A stretch of DNA of 64,000 nucleotides from a virus, in the IMG/VR virus record IMGVR_UViG_3300017971_000020. The stretch is one strand, 5' to 3'. Positions 44,241-52,472 of this stretch are shown here, in pieces. The notes beneath the pieces are model-generated. The model saw only the letters and a list, made by a program, of their open reading frames with translations, was not told the DNA's origin and searched no databases. The position numbers and the translations under genes were made by a program. The first letter of the stretch is position 1. Each line of letters begins with the position of its first letter.

Positions 44241-45223
44241 AAGTAATGATCTTTGGTGGAGCTGGTTTCGTAGGTCGAAATCTTGGGCGCCGGTGCATAG
44301 AGGAGGGGCATGGGGTAACGACTGTCGATAATCTATGTGTTGCGCCAGCGGAGCCGGCGCCCAGTGGTGTGTACATTTACAAAGAAGACGTATGCGATAG
44401 GGCTGCCATGATGGACATCCTGAAGCGAGAAGTGCCGGATGTGATTTTTTGGCTGGCCGCAAAGCAGGGCTATCATAGGGACTGGTCTACTTATTCCCAT
44501 ACAAACAACACTGCATTGTATAACCTATTTAACGGGATAAGTGCCGTTCGTGGCATTTACAAGCCGAAGGTTGTGATTGCAAGCTCCCAGGCGGTATATC
44601 ACCCGACAATCAGCGCTTCTGAAACCGATCTTACAGACCCCCCCTCGATTTATGGCTGGACAAAGCTACAGGCCGAGATGAGCGCATTGTGGCTGGCCCG
44701 GCATATTGGGCTGCGGGATATGGTCGTTCTTCGGTATTCAATAATCCTGGGGGCGGGGCAAAGCCTTCAGTCTTCTGAATCGGGGTTATTGCGAAATTGG
44801 TACAGGGCCTATCAGGAGGGGCGCCCTATTCAGGTCTATGGTACAGGGAAGCATATTCGGGACTTTGTATCGATCGATGACGTAACTGAAGCCAATATGA
44901 AGGCGATGGAACATGATTGCACAGCCCCAGGCCCGCAGGCCTTTAATATCCATGGATTTGAGGCCAGCATTTTGAAAATGGTTGATTTGTTTAAGGCTGC
45001 GGTATTTGCCAGGTGTACGGATAACGCCCAAATATCGACAAATGTTATGAATGAAGAAGTACGGCCTGGGGGGGAGTATAGCCTAACGTCATGTGGCGAT
45101 AAGGCACTCGCACATTTCGGGTGGAAGCCGGAGAAGGAGATTTACGATCAAATAGTAGATTTTCTTGACAAGCTTCCTTTGAGGAACGACAATCCCGTGC
45201 ATGAAACGTCATCTCCGGGTTAA
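44237..45223 (+). CDS. NAD-dependent sugar epimerase/dehydratase (extended SDR)
   Basis: 'KVMIFGGAGFVGRNL' (GxxGxxG) and 'SIYGWTKLQAE' (catalytic YxxxK). ATGA overlap at 44237-44240. Confidence 0.8.
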   Translation: MKVMIFGGAGFVGRNLGRRCIEEGHGVTTVDNLCVAPAEPAPSGVYIYKEDVCDRAAMMDILKREVPDVIFWLAAKQGYHRDWSTYSHTNNTALYNLFNGISAVRGIYKPKVVIASSQAVYHPTISASETDLTDPPSIYGWTKLQAEMSALWLARHIGLRDMVVLRYSIILGAGQSLQSSESGLLRNWYRAYQEGRPIQVYGTGKHIRDFVSIDDVTEANMKAMEHDCTAPGPQAFNIHGFEASILKMVDLFKAAVFARCTDNAQISTNVMNEEVRPGGEYSLTSCGDKALAHFGWKPEKEIYDQIVDFLDKLPLRNDNPVHETSSPG

Positions 45224-45236
45224 TATAGATCTGCAA

Positions 45237-45303
45237 GCGCTCGTGCTGACACTCGCCAATTTCTCTGACCCGGAAGATGTCGTTGTCGGCACGGCGCTTT
45301 TTT
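45237..45303 (+). terminator. candidate intrinsic terminator (long imperfect hairpin plus T6)
   Basis: GCGC(T)CGTGC 45237-46 pairs with GCACGGCGC 45289-97, followed by TTTTTT 45298-45303. The loop is long (~42 nt). Confidence 0.4.
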
Positions 45304-45317
45304 CTTAGGAGTCGTTT

Positions 45318-45560
45318 ATGATTCTCGACGAAATCATGGGCGAAAGAGGCAAGTGGATCGAAACAAATATAGGGAGAATGCCTCAGAAGCTATTTATTTC
45401 ATTAGAGGCGGATATGGAGCTAAGTGCGTACTTTTCAGATTATGGGAATACGCCCTTTAGAAAGAATACCGTATCAATAGAAACGACTGACGGGAAACGC
45501 TTATTTGGCATGACGATATCTGTAGACCCACATCAAAAACGGAGATTCCTAATCAAATGA
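45318..45560 (+). CDS. hypothetical protein
   Basis: 80-aa ORF with AGGAG upstream. Its stop overlaps the next start (ATGA). Confidence 0.5.
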   Translation: MILDEIMGERGKWIETNIGRMPQKLFISLEADMELSAYFSDYGNTPFRKNTVSIETTDGKRLFGMTISVDPHQKRRFLIK

Positions 45561-47440
45561 GTAAAGTGAAGAGAATCGCTACTGGGAAACCACGGGTTGC
45601 TATTGTAACCAGTTTGGTAGACTATAGCCCGGCCTATAGTTTGGTTGGAATCATACTCGACCAGGCCCGAGCACTAAAACGCCACGGGTATGATTATGAT
45701 CTGTTTTGCCTAAAGAACTTCAACGAGCAAGACATGAAGGCCCTGAAGGCGGAAGGCCTTAATGTTAGGTATGAGTTGTCGCAATGCTACCTGGTTGACT
45801 ATAAACCTAATCAGCCGGCGGTGAATGACGGCGAACGACTTAACGGCCAAATCCACAAAGAGGGGTTTGAAACACAGGCCAATATCTACTTCGAGGGACG
45901 TCCGGAAAAAGGCCAGAAGGGCTATAAGGATGTTCTGGGGGAATATGACGTAATCATTACCCACGACCTGATGTTTTTGAGTTGGCACTTGCCCCAGAAT
46001 GCCGCATTGCGTAAATGTATCGACCTTTGGCCCGAAAAGAATTGGTTGCATTGGGTTCACTCAGGCCCGTCTTCGCCGCCGCCGGATGTGTGTTACCCCT
46101 CAACATTACGGTTTTCGGCGGCACCGAATTCCCATTATGTCTACCTGAACGAGCGCCAGCGTTTGGATTATGCCCTAATGATCCATGCTCAGAAAAGCTT
46201 GGTTCATACCGTATATAACCCGAAGGACTTGCGCGACGTTTGGCGTTTTTCGAAAGACACGTGCGAATTCATCGATAGATATGATCTGTTCGACCACCAG
46301 ATATTACAGGTATATCCCTTCTCTACTCCCCGCTGGAAGGACAAGGGAGTCAATCGGCTATTGAAGATCTTTGCCTTCTGGAAGAAACAAAAGATCCGTG
46401 CCCGGCTGGTCTTGATTAATGCGCATGCAAACAACAAGGTCGACATCCCCCGTATCGAGGCCATGGAGGCTTACTGTAAGGTCGCTGACCTTACTTTAGG
46501 TGATGACGTGATACTAACGTCACGTTACGCCGACGAGGTCGGGAAGAAGGCCTGGAAGTACACTGTGCCATTCCAGGTTGTGCGTGAACTAATGCTTATG
46601 TCGAATGTGTTCATATTCCCGTCATTGTCTGAATGCTGTTCGTTGATCCAGGCCGAAGCTTCAATATCCGGTGGGAAGCTTATGGTCTTAAATAGGGATT
46701 TTCCCCCTATGTTGGAGTTCTGCTCCGAGAATGTGCTGCATTATGAATTTAAGGTGAATGACCCTGAGCGGAACCCGGGGTATTACGAGTGCGTCGCCCG
46801 GGAGGTCTGGGCGAACCTCATGGCGGAAAGCAGCATTGTCAACACGACAAAGGCACGTACGCAGACCTATAATCGTGACTGGATTTTTAGGAATCAACTG
46901 GAGCCTTTACTTTATTTAGGCTTTTCCGATCGCCATATTAGGGAAGGAGAAAAACAAGGCGAGGTGTTAAGGCCAGAATTCAAGGCCCCCGAAGTTGTCC
47001 GTAATCCACAGGTAGGGGTACGGCCTCCTATGATTGAATATACCGGGGATGACGGGCAAAGCCAGCAGGTTGAAATGTCGGAAGTTGTTGTCAAAAGAAC
47101 CCCAGGGGGTGCTCGGGTATTTCAGCCGATCCCCGGGAAGAATGCCGTTGTAGATGCAGCATATGATACGGTTGAAACAAAAACAGAAGAGGGTAGTCTG
47201 GAGGACACAAAAGTAATTGAGGCGCCTAATTGCGCAGACACGGTGGATCCTAATACCGGTACATTGGAGCCGGTGGAGGAAGATCGGCCGGCGCCGGAAG
47301 TGTTTGCGCAACCGCCGGACTATAACGAACCGTGGGATGGGATGGAATGTCCGATTTTCAAAGAATGTTCAAAAGAACAAAAACAAGAGTGTTACGCGAG
47401 TGCGGGGCACTGTTTGGTTTTGGACGAATTGACAGTTTAA
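45557..47440 (+). CDS. GT-B fold glycosyltransferase with a ~190-aa acidic/Cys-containing C-terminal extension
   Basis: 'VAIVTSLVDYSPAYSLVGIILDQARALKRHGYD' (N-terminal Rossmann) and 'FIFPSLSECCSLIQAEASISGGKLMVLN' (GT4-like E...E region). The tail ends 'CPIFKECSKEQKQECYASAGHC'. Confidence 0.6.
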   Translation: MSKVKRIATGKPRVAIVTSLVDYSPAYSLVGIILDQARALKRHGYDYDLFCLKNFNEQDMKALKAEGLNVRYELSQCYLVDYKPNQPAVNDGERLNGQIHKEGFETQANIYFEGRPEKGQKGYKDVLGEYDVIITHDLMFLSWHLPQNAALRKCIDLWPEKNWLHWVHSGPSSPPPDVCYPSTLRFSAAPNSHYVYLNERQRLDYALMIHAQKSLVHTVYNPKDLRDVWRFSKDTCEFIDRYDLFDHQILQVYPFSTPRWKDKGVNRLLKIFAFWKKQKIRARLVLINAHANNKVDIPRIEAMEAYCKVADLTLGDDVILTSRYADEVGKKAWKYTVPFQVVRELMLMSNVFIFPSLSECCSLIQAEASISGGKLMVLNRDFPPMLEFCSENVLHYEFKVNDPERNPGYYECVAREVWANLMAESSIVNTTKARTQTYNRDWIFRNQLEPLLYLGFSDRHIREGEKQGEVLRPEFKAPEVVRNPQVGVRPPMIEYTGDDGQSQQVEMSEVVVKRTPGGARVFQPIPGKNAVVDAAYDTVETKTEEGSLEDTKVIEAPNCADTVDPNTGTLEPVEEDRPAPEVFAQPPDYNEPWDGMECPIFKECSKEQKQECYASAGHCLVLDELTV

Positions 47441-47460
47441 GAGAAAGACAGGGGGCGGAT

Positions 47461-48087
47461 ATGTCTTTTAAAGAAGTGTGGCACCACCGGCTAAAGTATA
47501 TGCTTACGCCGCAGCTGGATCTGTATAAACATATTAATCAATACATTGACCAAAGGTATCATACGGTAACACCAGAAGAGCCAGGGTTTGCACGTCAGCA
47601 TGTCTATGTCCTTGATTATGGCTGTGGGACGGGGTTTGGTTCCATACAAATGCGCGTACCGGGGACACAAACGGTTGACGGGCTGGATTCTGACATAACA
47701 GCTATTAGGTTCGCGATTGAAGTCTTTGGGCAACTGGTCGACTTTAACTTGTACGACTTTGAGAATGCGAATCCTACAAAGCGCATGAGGGGGCGTTACG
47801 ATGTTGTTACATGCATTGAGGTTCTGGAACATGTCGAACGGCCGGATGTTGTTCTGTCCAGGATTCATGATGTAATGACGGAAGATGGTATAGCTATCTG
47901 TTCAACGTTGAACCACAATTCCCAGTACCGAAAGAATGACGATCATAAGTCGCCGTTTACGGTGGAAAGCTTTCGGAAGCTGTTGGAGGCCGAATTCAAC
48001 GACGTTCACATGACTGACTACATGTTAAATGGGTGCCTGGACACCAATAGTACGATTACACCTATTGTGGGGATTGTGAAAAAATGA
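47461..48087 (+). CDS. class I SAM methyltransferase
   Basis: 'YVLDYGCGTGFGSIQM' (motif I) and 'YDVVTCIEVLEHVERPD'. Confidence 0.75.
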   Translation: MSFKEVWHHRLKYMLTPQLDLYKHINQYIDQRYHTVTPEEPGFARQHVYVLDYGCGTGFGSIQMRVPGTQTVDGLDSDITAIRFAIEVFGQLVDFNLYDFENANPTKRMRGRYDVVTCIEVLEHVERPDVVLSRIHDVMTEDGIAICSTLNHNSQYRKNDDHKSPFTVESFRKLLEAEFNDVHMTDYMLNGCLDTNSTITPIVGIVKK

Positions 48088-48947
48088 GGGTCTCCGTAAT
48101 TATTACTTCTGGGTCTACTGCGCTAAATGCGCATGTCAGGATTAATTGTTTATGGAAGTGCGTTAACGCAATGCATAAGAACCCCGGCCATTCATTTGAG
48201 TTGATCCTTGTTGATAATTCTTCGACGGAATCACATAGAAGGGCCATACAGGAAATTGCGGAGACGTATAAGACTGTAACGCACGTGGTCCAGAATCGGC
48301 TGAACGAGTTTGCTGGTGGCGGGTATCGTCAAGGGGTAAAGTTGGCCGACGGCGACATAATCGTCACAGCTGCAGATGACGTATTGCCGGCGGAATACTG
48401 GTTAAGCGTATTAATTGCCCCTATTGTGGAGTTTCCTATGCGGAAGTACATAGGCGCTTTGCAAAAGGGGTCAAGCGTTAAGGCTCGGAGGCGAGGAACG
48501 ATTAACGTTGCACAAACGGGGGGCACGGATTTACCTATTGAGTACTATGAAATGAGTAGAGCCGGCGCCTATCTTTGGGCGGCGCCTCGGCAAGCCTATG
48601 ATAAAACACACCATTGGGGACGTGCGCATTTCGCAGACACGCGGTTGTGTCAGGCGTGGATGTCGGATGGCTGGTTATTCACTATCCCCGCAACGGGGGA
48701 TTGGCTAAGGCATACAAACCTAAATTATCTCAGGCCTTGGGATTACACTAAAGAAAAGAGACAGAACGCCTATTTAAATAAGTGGGAATATCTGGATGAG
48801 GTCTGGGGTAGTGGTACAGTGTCGACAAGGGAGGCATGGGTACCTAAAGTGGATTACCCGCTAAAGAATCCGGTGCGTATAGGGCCTGGTTCGTATTCTG
48901 AGGAGTTTTTAGCGAAGGCCGAAGAATTAAAAAGGTTGGATGTATGA
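48084..48947 (+). CDS. family 2 (GT-A) glycosyltransferase
   Basis: 'RVSVIITSGS...FELILVDNSST' and 'VTAADDVLP' (DxD region). Confidence 0.65.
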   Translation: MRVSVIITSGSTALNAHVRINCLWKCVNAMHKNPGHSFELILVDNSSTESHRRAIQEIAETYKTVTHVVQNRLNEFAGGGYRQGVKLADGDIIVTAADDVLPAEYWLSVLIAPIVEFPMRKYIGALQKGSSVKARRRGTINVAQTGGTDLPIEYYEMSRAGAYLWAAPRQAYDKTHHWGRAHFADTRLCQAWMSDGWLFTIPATGDWLRHTNLNYLRPWDYTKEKRQNAYLNKWEYLDEVWGSGTVSTREAWVPKVDYPLKNPVRIGPGSYSEEFLAKAEELKRLDV

Positions 48948-49189
48948 GTGCTGACTTAACTGAACGGATAGCAGGGATTTTTGGGAAGCCGGTACATAAG
49001 ATAATCCCGGAGAGTGAGCAGGTGCAAGCATTACATAATGAAGAGTGGGAACAGATAAAGCCATATCTGAAGTTCTATCCTGGGTTCTTTAAGAGCTGGG
49101 AACAGTTGGAAGAAGAGGCCATAGAACGTGAACGTGCGAAGAACCGGAAGCCAAAAAAGGCCCAATCTGAAGACATGTTCAATATATGA
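48944..49189 (+). CDS. hypothetical protein
   Basis: 81-aa ORF with ATGA overlaps at both ends. Confidence 0.45.
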   Translation: MSADLTERIAGIFGKPVHKIIPESEQVQALHNEEWEQIKPYLKFYPGFFKSWEQLEEEAIERERAKNRKPKKAQSEDMFNI

Positions 49190-49887
49190 AACCAAAGAGC
49201 GCATACTCCCTGCACAACAAGCACAAAGGGAAAACAGTCTACATAGTGGCACCGGGGCCAAGCATGCAGGAGTTTCCTTTAGATCGATTGGCGGGGAAGG
49301 TTAGCGTCGCAATCAATTCTACGATAGAGGTTTGGGACGGGTATACTTACTGGTTTTACGCTGATAAGCGGATTACGAAGATCTATAGGCGTGAGCTTGC
49401 TACAAAGGAAGACTGGACTGTCGTCATGCCGCAGCACCAAGCGGTAAGAATAGCGCCCACATTCAAAGGGAAAGAACTATACGAGTTTCATTATCAGATT
49501 CAGCTAAAGCCATATTTGCTGAAGAACCGTAAGCGAAAGAAACCTATTACGCCCTATTGGTTTGATCCGGAACGTATCTTTATTCCCGGTCGTGCGTCAG
49601 TTGCGTCAAATGCGACGAGCTTCGCCTATTTAATGGGCGCGAGGAAAGTGATATTGATTGGTGTGGATTTCTGCTGGAAGGATGTTTACTACACTCCGGG
49701 CGTGGTTCGCAATAAGGGGGCTGCGTTATCGTCTAAAACAAAAGTGTTGGCTTCGGGATTAAACTGGTATCGGAGCGCTTTAAAAAGGCTGTGGCCTGAC
49801 CTAAAGGTGTTTACGGTGTCAAAGATCTTGTCGGAGCATGCACCGAAGATCAAATGTCTATCAGTAGAAGAGGCGTTAAATGGGTAG
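49186..49887 (+). CDS. DUF115/MptE-like putative glycosyltransferase, paralog 5
   Basis: 'VYIVAPGPSM', 'VAINST' and 'VASNATSFAYLMGARKVILIGVDF'. Confidence 0.6.
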   Translation: MKPKSAYSLHNKHKGKTVYIVAPGPSMQEFPLDRLAGKVSVAINSTIEVWDGYTYWFYADKRITKIYRRELATKEDWTVVMPQHQAVRIAPTFKGKELYEFHYQIQLKPYLLKNRKRKKPITPYWFDPERIFIPGRASVASNATSFAYLMGARKVILIGVDFCWKDVYYTPGVVRNKGAALSSKTKVLASGLNWYRSALKRLWPDLKVFTVSKILSEHAPKIKCLSVEEALNG

Positions 49888-50557
49888 GGGGCCTATACCG
49901 GAGTTCAAAGCGTGGATGGCAAGTTATGCTGATGATGACGGCGTTGGCCCCCCGGAATGGATTGTTGAAGAGCGTGAAAGAATACGGAAGGCCTTATATA
50001 CCCGTAAACGCGAATACACGAAATGGATTCGTGAGGGGATTCTCGAGAAGTCTGTAGTGAAGGTCTATCCGATAGGGCCGATAAATTTCCCGATTGAATG
50101 GTTTGTAAGTTCGCGGTGGTGCGAACGCAGAAACTATGTTCCCTTAGCCCGTGACGAAGAAAGCTGGAGATTTTCGTGGGAATACTGGAAGGGCGCCGGT
50201 AGCTATAGGGACATAAAGGGGAATATCGAGAAGCATGGAATGCGCAGGGCAATCTATGCATTCTATTATGTCAACTACGATGTAGAGGCGAATAAACTAC
50301 AGCATCCTTGTTTTGCATATCATTTAGAGAACCTTGAGTGGCCCATGTTTATTGCAAGCACGGGTAATGAACGTATACCTATGGCTTGGTTTGAGTGGGG
50401 GTGGAAGACGGTACCAACCATGGTAATGGTTAGGGACTGTGGCCATTCCCCTGAATTCTCGGCACTCCTAAAGGGGTTTATCGACGGTTTTATCCACAAG
50501 CACTGGAAGCCTAATTTAGAAGTTTTGCGCACAATTGATGAGAGAGGCGAAGTATGA
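49880..50557 (+). CDS. hypothetical protein
   Basis: 225-aa Trp-rich ORF. No motif recognised. Confidence 0.5.
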   Translation: MGRGPIPEFKAWMASYADDDGVGPPEWIVEERERIRKALYTRKREYTKWIREGILEKSVVKVYPIGPINFPIEWFVSSRWCERRNYVPLARDEESWRFSWEYWKGAGSYRDIKGNIEKHGMRRAIYAFYYVNYDVEANKLQHPCFAYHLENLEWPMFIASTGNERIPMAWFEWGWKTVPTMVMVRDCGHSPEFSALLKGFIDGFIHKHWKPNLEVLRTIDERGEV

Positions 50558-51870
50558 AAAATAAGCAAACCGACTTTAGCGGCGTAATGCGGTCAATCAA
50601 GGATACTGGGGAACGGCCGAAAATCGCGGTTGTCTTTGGTGTGTGTAACGAATACCCAACAATATTGGGAACGCTTTTCTCGTTTATCGAAGAACTTGAG
50701 TTCTGGGGCTACCCCTATGAATTGATCGTTGTGGATAACATGTCTACGGATAATACCGCTTGGATCCTCAAGGACAAATTGCGGCGTTGGGTTAGAAATG
50801 ACATATTGAAAGTGATTGAGTGGAACGAGAAACCAGCTAATGTGACCGTACGGAATGTGGGCATGAGGGAGACAGATGCCGAGTTCGTCTTCATGTCCGA
50901 CGGTCACATTAGTGTTAAAATAGGGACGTGTCACGGGATCATTCAGAAATGGATTGCTGAGGGGAAAAGGGGCCTATTTCATTCAGCAATCAATATCTGG
51001 GGTGACACGACAGATATTCGCTGTTACGGCTATGATCTTAAATTAAAGGAACGGTTCTGGGGGAATTTGTGCCGGGGGATCCCCGACGAGGCATGGAATG
51101 GTGATATTCCCATGCCGTATAACGTGCCCATGGCGTCGCATTGTTGCCTTGGCGCCGGGCGTGAGGAGTTTCTTGATTTCGGTGGGTATGCGGAAAGCTT
51201 TCGTTGTTATGGGGGTGGGGAGCCCTATTTAGACCTTCTATGGTGGCTTTACGGGTCTAAGGTCTGGATTACGCCGGAGGGTCTATTTAGACATGCCTTT
51301 GGCGTTAATGCTGAATGGCGCAAGGTTACCGGTGGCCGTATGAGCGTAAAGGACAAGAACAACGTCAGGGCCTATATAGAGCTTGAAGGGGACGCGGGGA
51401 AAGAACGATCAGCCCTCCGGCTTCTACCGAGGAGTACCCACAAATTGGCCAAAGAAATCAAAAAAGGCACCTTTTCGGCAGAAGAGGCCATAAAGCAATT
51501 GGCGGAGATATGGCCTCGAATTGTGCGAAGCCGGGTCCAATGCAAGGATGGAACGCAGCGTTCTGAGCTTCTACGGGGGGATGAGTACTTGCATTACTCC
51601 CGGGGGTATTCGTGGAACAATGAGCAGTTCCAGTTCAACTTCATGATGTCGGCATATTTGATCGGGGGCTATAAGTGGCTTCAGAGTCGCTATGCCGCGT
51701 ATTTCGAGGGGCGCAAGGGAAACCCCCGGTATGTGGAAGAATTACAGGATCTGCGCCGACAGGTGCTTTCTGAGGGAAGCGAGCAGCGAAAGGTTATTGA
51801 AAGTCGGCAGATTATGTCCCTTGATGACCTTTTGGAAAGAAAACCATGGAACAATTTCAAAACCTCATGA
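50554..51870 (+). CDS. family 2 (GT-A) glycosyltransferase with a C-terminal extension
   Basis: 'IAVVFGVCNEYP...YELIVVDNMSTDNT' and 'FVFMSDGHI' (DxH/DxD region). Confidence 0.65.
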   Translation: MKNKQTDFSGVMRSIKDTGERPKIAVVFGVCNEYPTILGTLFSFIEELEFWGYPYELIVVDNMSTDNTAWILKDKLRRWVRNDILKVIEWNEKPANVTVRNVGMRETDAEFVFMSDGHISVKIGTCHGIIQKWIAEGKRGLFHSAINIWGDTTDIRCYGYDLKLKERFWGNLCRGIPDEAWNGDIPMPYNVPMASHCCLGAGREEFLDFGGYAESFRCYGGGEPYLDLLWWLYGSKVWITPEGLFRHAFGVNAEWRKVTGGRMSVKDKNNVRAYIELEGDAGKERSALRLLPRSTHKLAKEIKKGTFSAEEAIKQLAEIWPRIVRSRVQCKDGTQRSELLRGDEYLHYSRGYSWNNEQFQFNFMMSAYLIGGYKWLQSRYAAYFEGRKGNPRYVEELQDLRRQVLSEGSEQRKVIESRQIMSLDDLLERKPWNNFKTS

Positions 51871-52014
51871 TATACTCAGGTTATGCCATGGCAGTGTAGA
51901 GGCGGCATAGCTTAGGCAGATAGACTCCGGCAAGGCGGGATAGACCGGACCCGAAAAGAAGTGAAGAGCTATACGGATCCTCCTTTCCGCCTCTAATTAA
52001 AGGAGGGCCGATTA

Positions 52015-52032
52015 TGTGTCTATATAGACACA
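52015..52032. promoter_or_regulatory. perfect 18-bp palindrome TGTGTCTATATAGACACA upstream of the giant-gene operon
   Basis: Read directly from the sequence. It lies in the 204-nt non-coding gap 51871-52074, next to an anti-SD/SD hairpin (CCTCCTT 51979-85 / AAGGAGG 52000-06). Confidence 0.5.
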
Positions 52033-52074
52033 AATCCTACCTTTTTTATCATTCCAAGAAGTTGTGGGGGGGCT

Positions 52075-52461
52075 ATGTGTAGACTTTTGGTTTTCGGGTA
52101 TGACAAGACAAGTTCGGATCCTGACAAAGACAAAAAGTGTCCAAAAAAAGGGATGGTATTAGTCGCAAAAAGAGACGATTGGGTATTTAGCGAAACTGAG
52201 CAAAGCCCGCCGTACAAAATTATTGATTTGCCAAATGTACCGGTAGACGACCCGGCAATACAGGCATTACTTCGCCCAGCTGGGACGAACCTGTCAGATC
52301 CTGACCTTGCAGTTTTTACACAAAAACGAGCGATTAGACTTAATTTAGACCTGTGGACGACGGCCGATGATGAGTTCGTATCAACAGCGAACAAAAAAAG
52401 ATCGTTAGGTAGGCTTGCCGATCGCACAGTTGATTTCATTACTGTGGCGACACCATCATAG
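52075..52461 (+). CDS. hypothetical protein
   Basis: 128-aa ORF directly upstream of the giant gene. No motif recognised. Confidence 0.5.
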   Translation: MCRLLVFGYDKTSSDPDKDKKCPKKGMVLVAKRDDWVFSETEQSPPYKIIDLPNVPVDDPAIQALLRPAGTNLSDPDLAVFTQKRAIRLNLDLWTTADDEFVSTANKKRSLGRLADRTVDFITVATPS

Positions 52462-52472
52462 GGAGAGAGCCT

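Noticed and set aside
27189-51870. Reading the sugar-gene island as a lysogenic-conversion capsule or O-antigen locus.
   Set aside because: By eye there is no flippase, polymerase, ligase, ABC exporter, Wza/Wzc or polyprenyl-phosphate initiating transferase, and no multi-TM ORF. No integrase is present in the window. The block sits in the late structural operon next to a Ser/Thr-repeat protein. This reading is not fully excluded without HMM searches.
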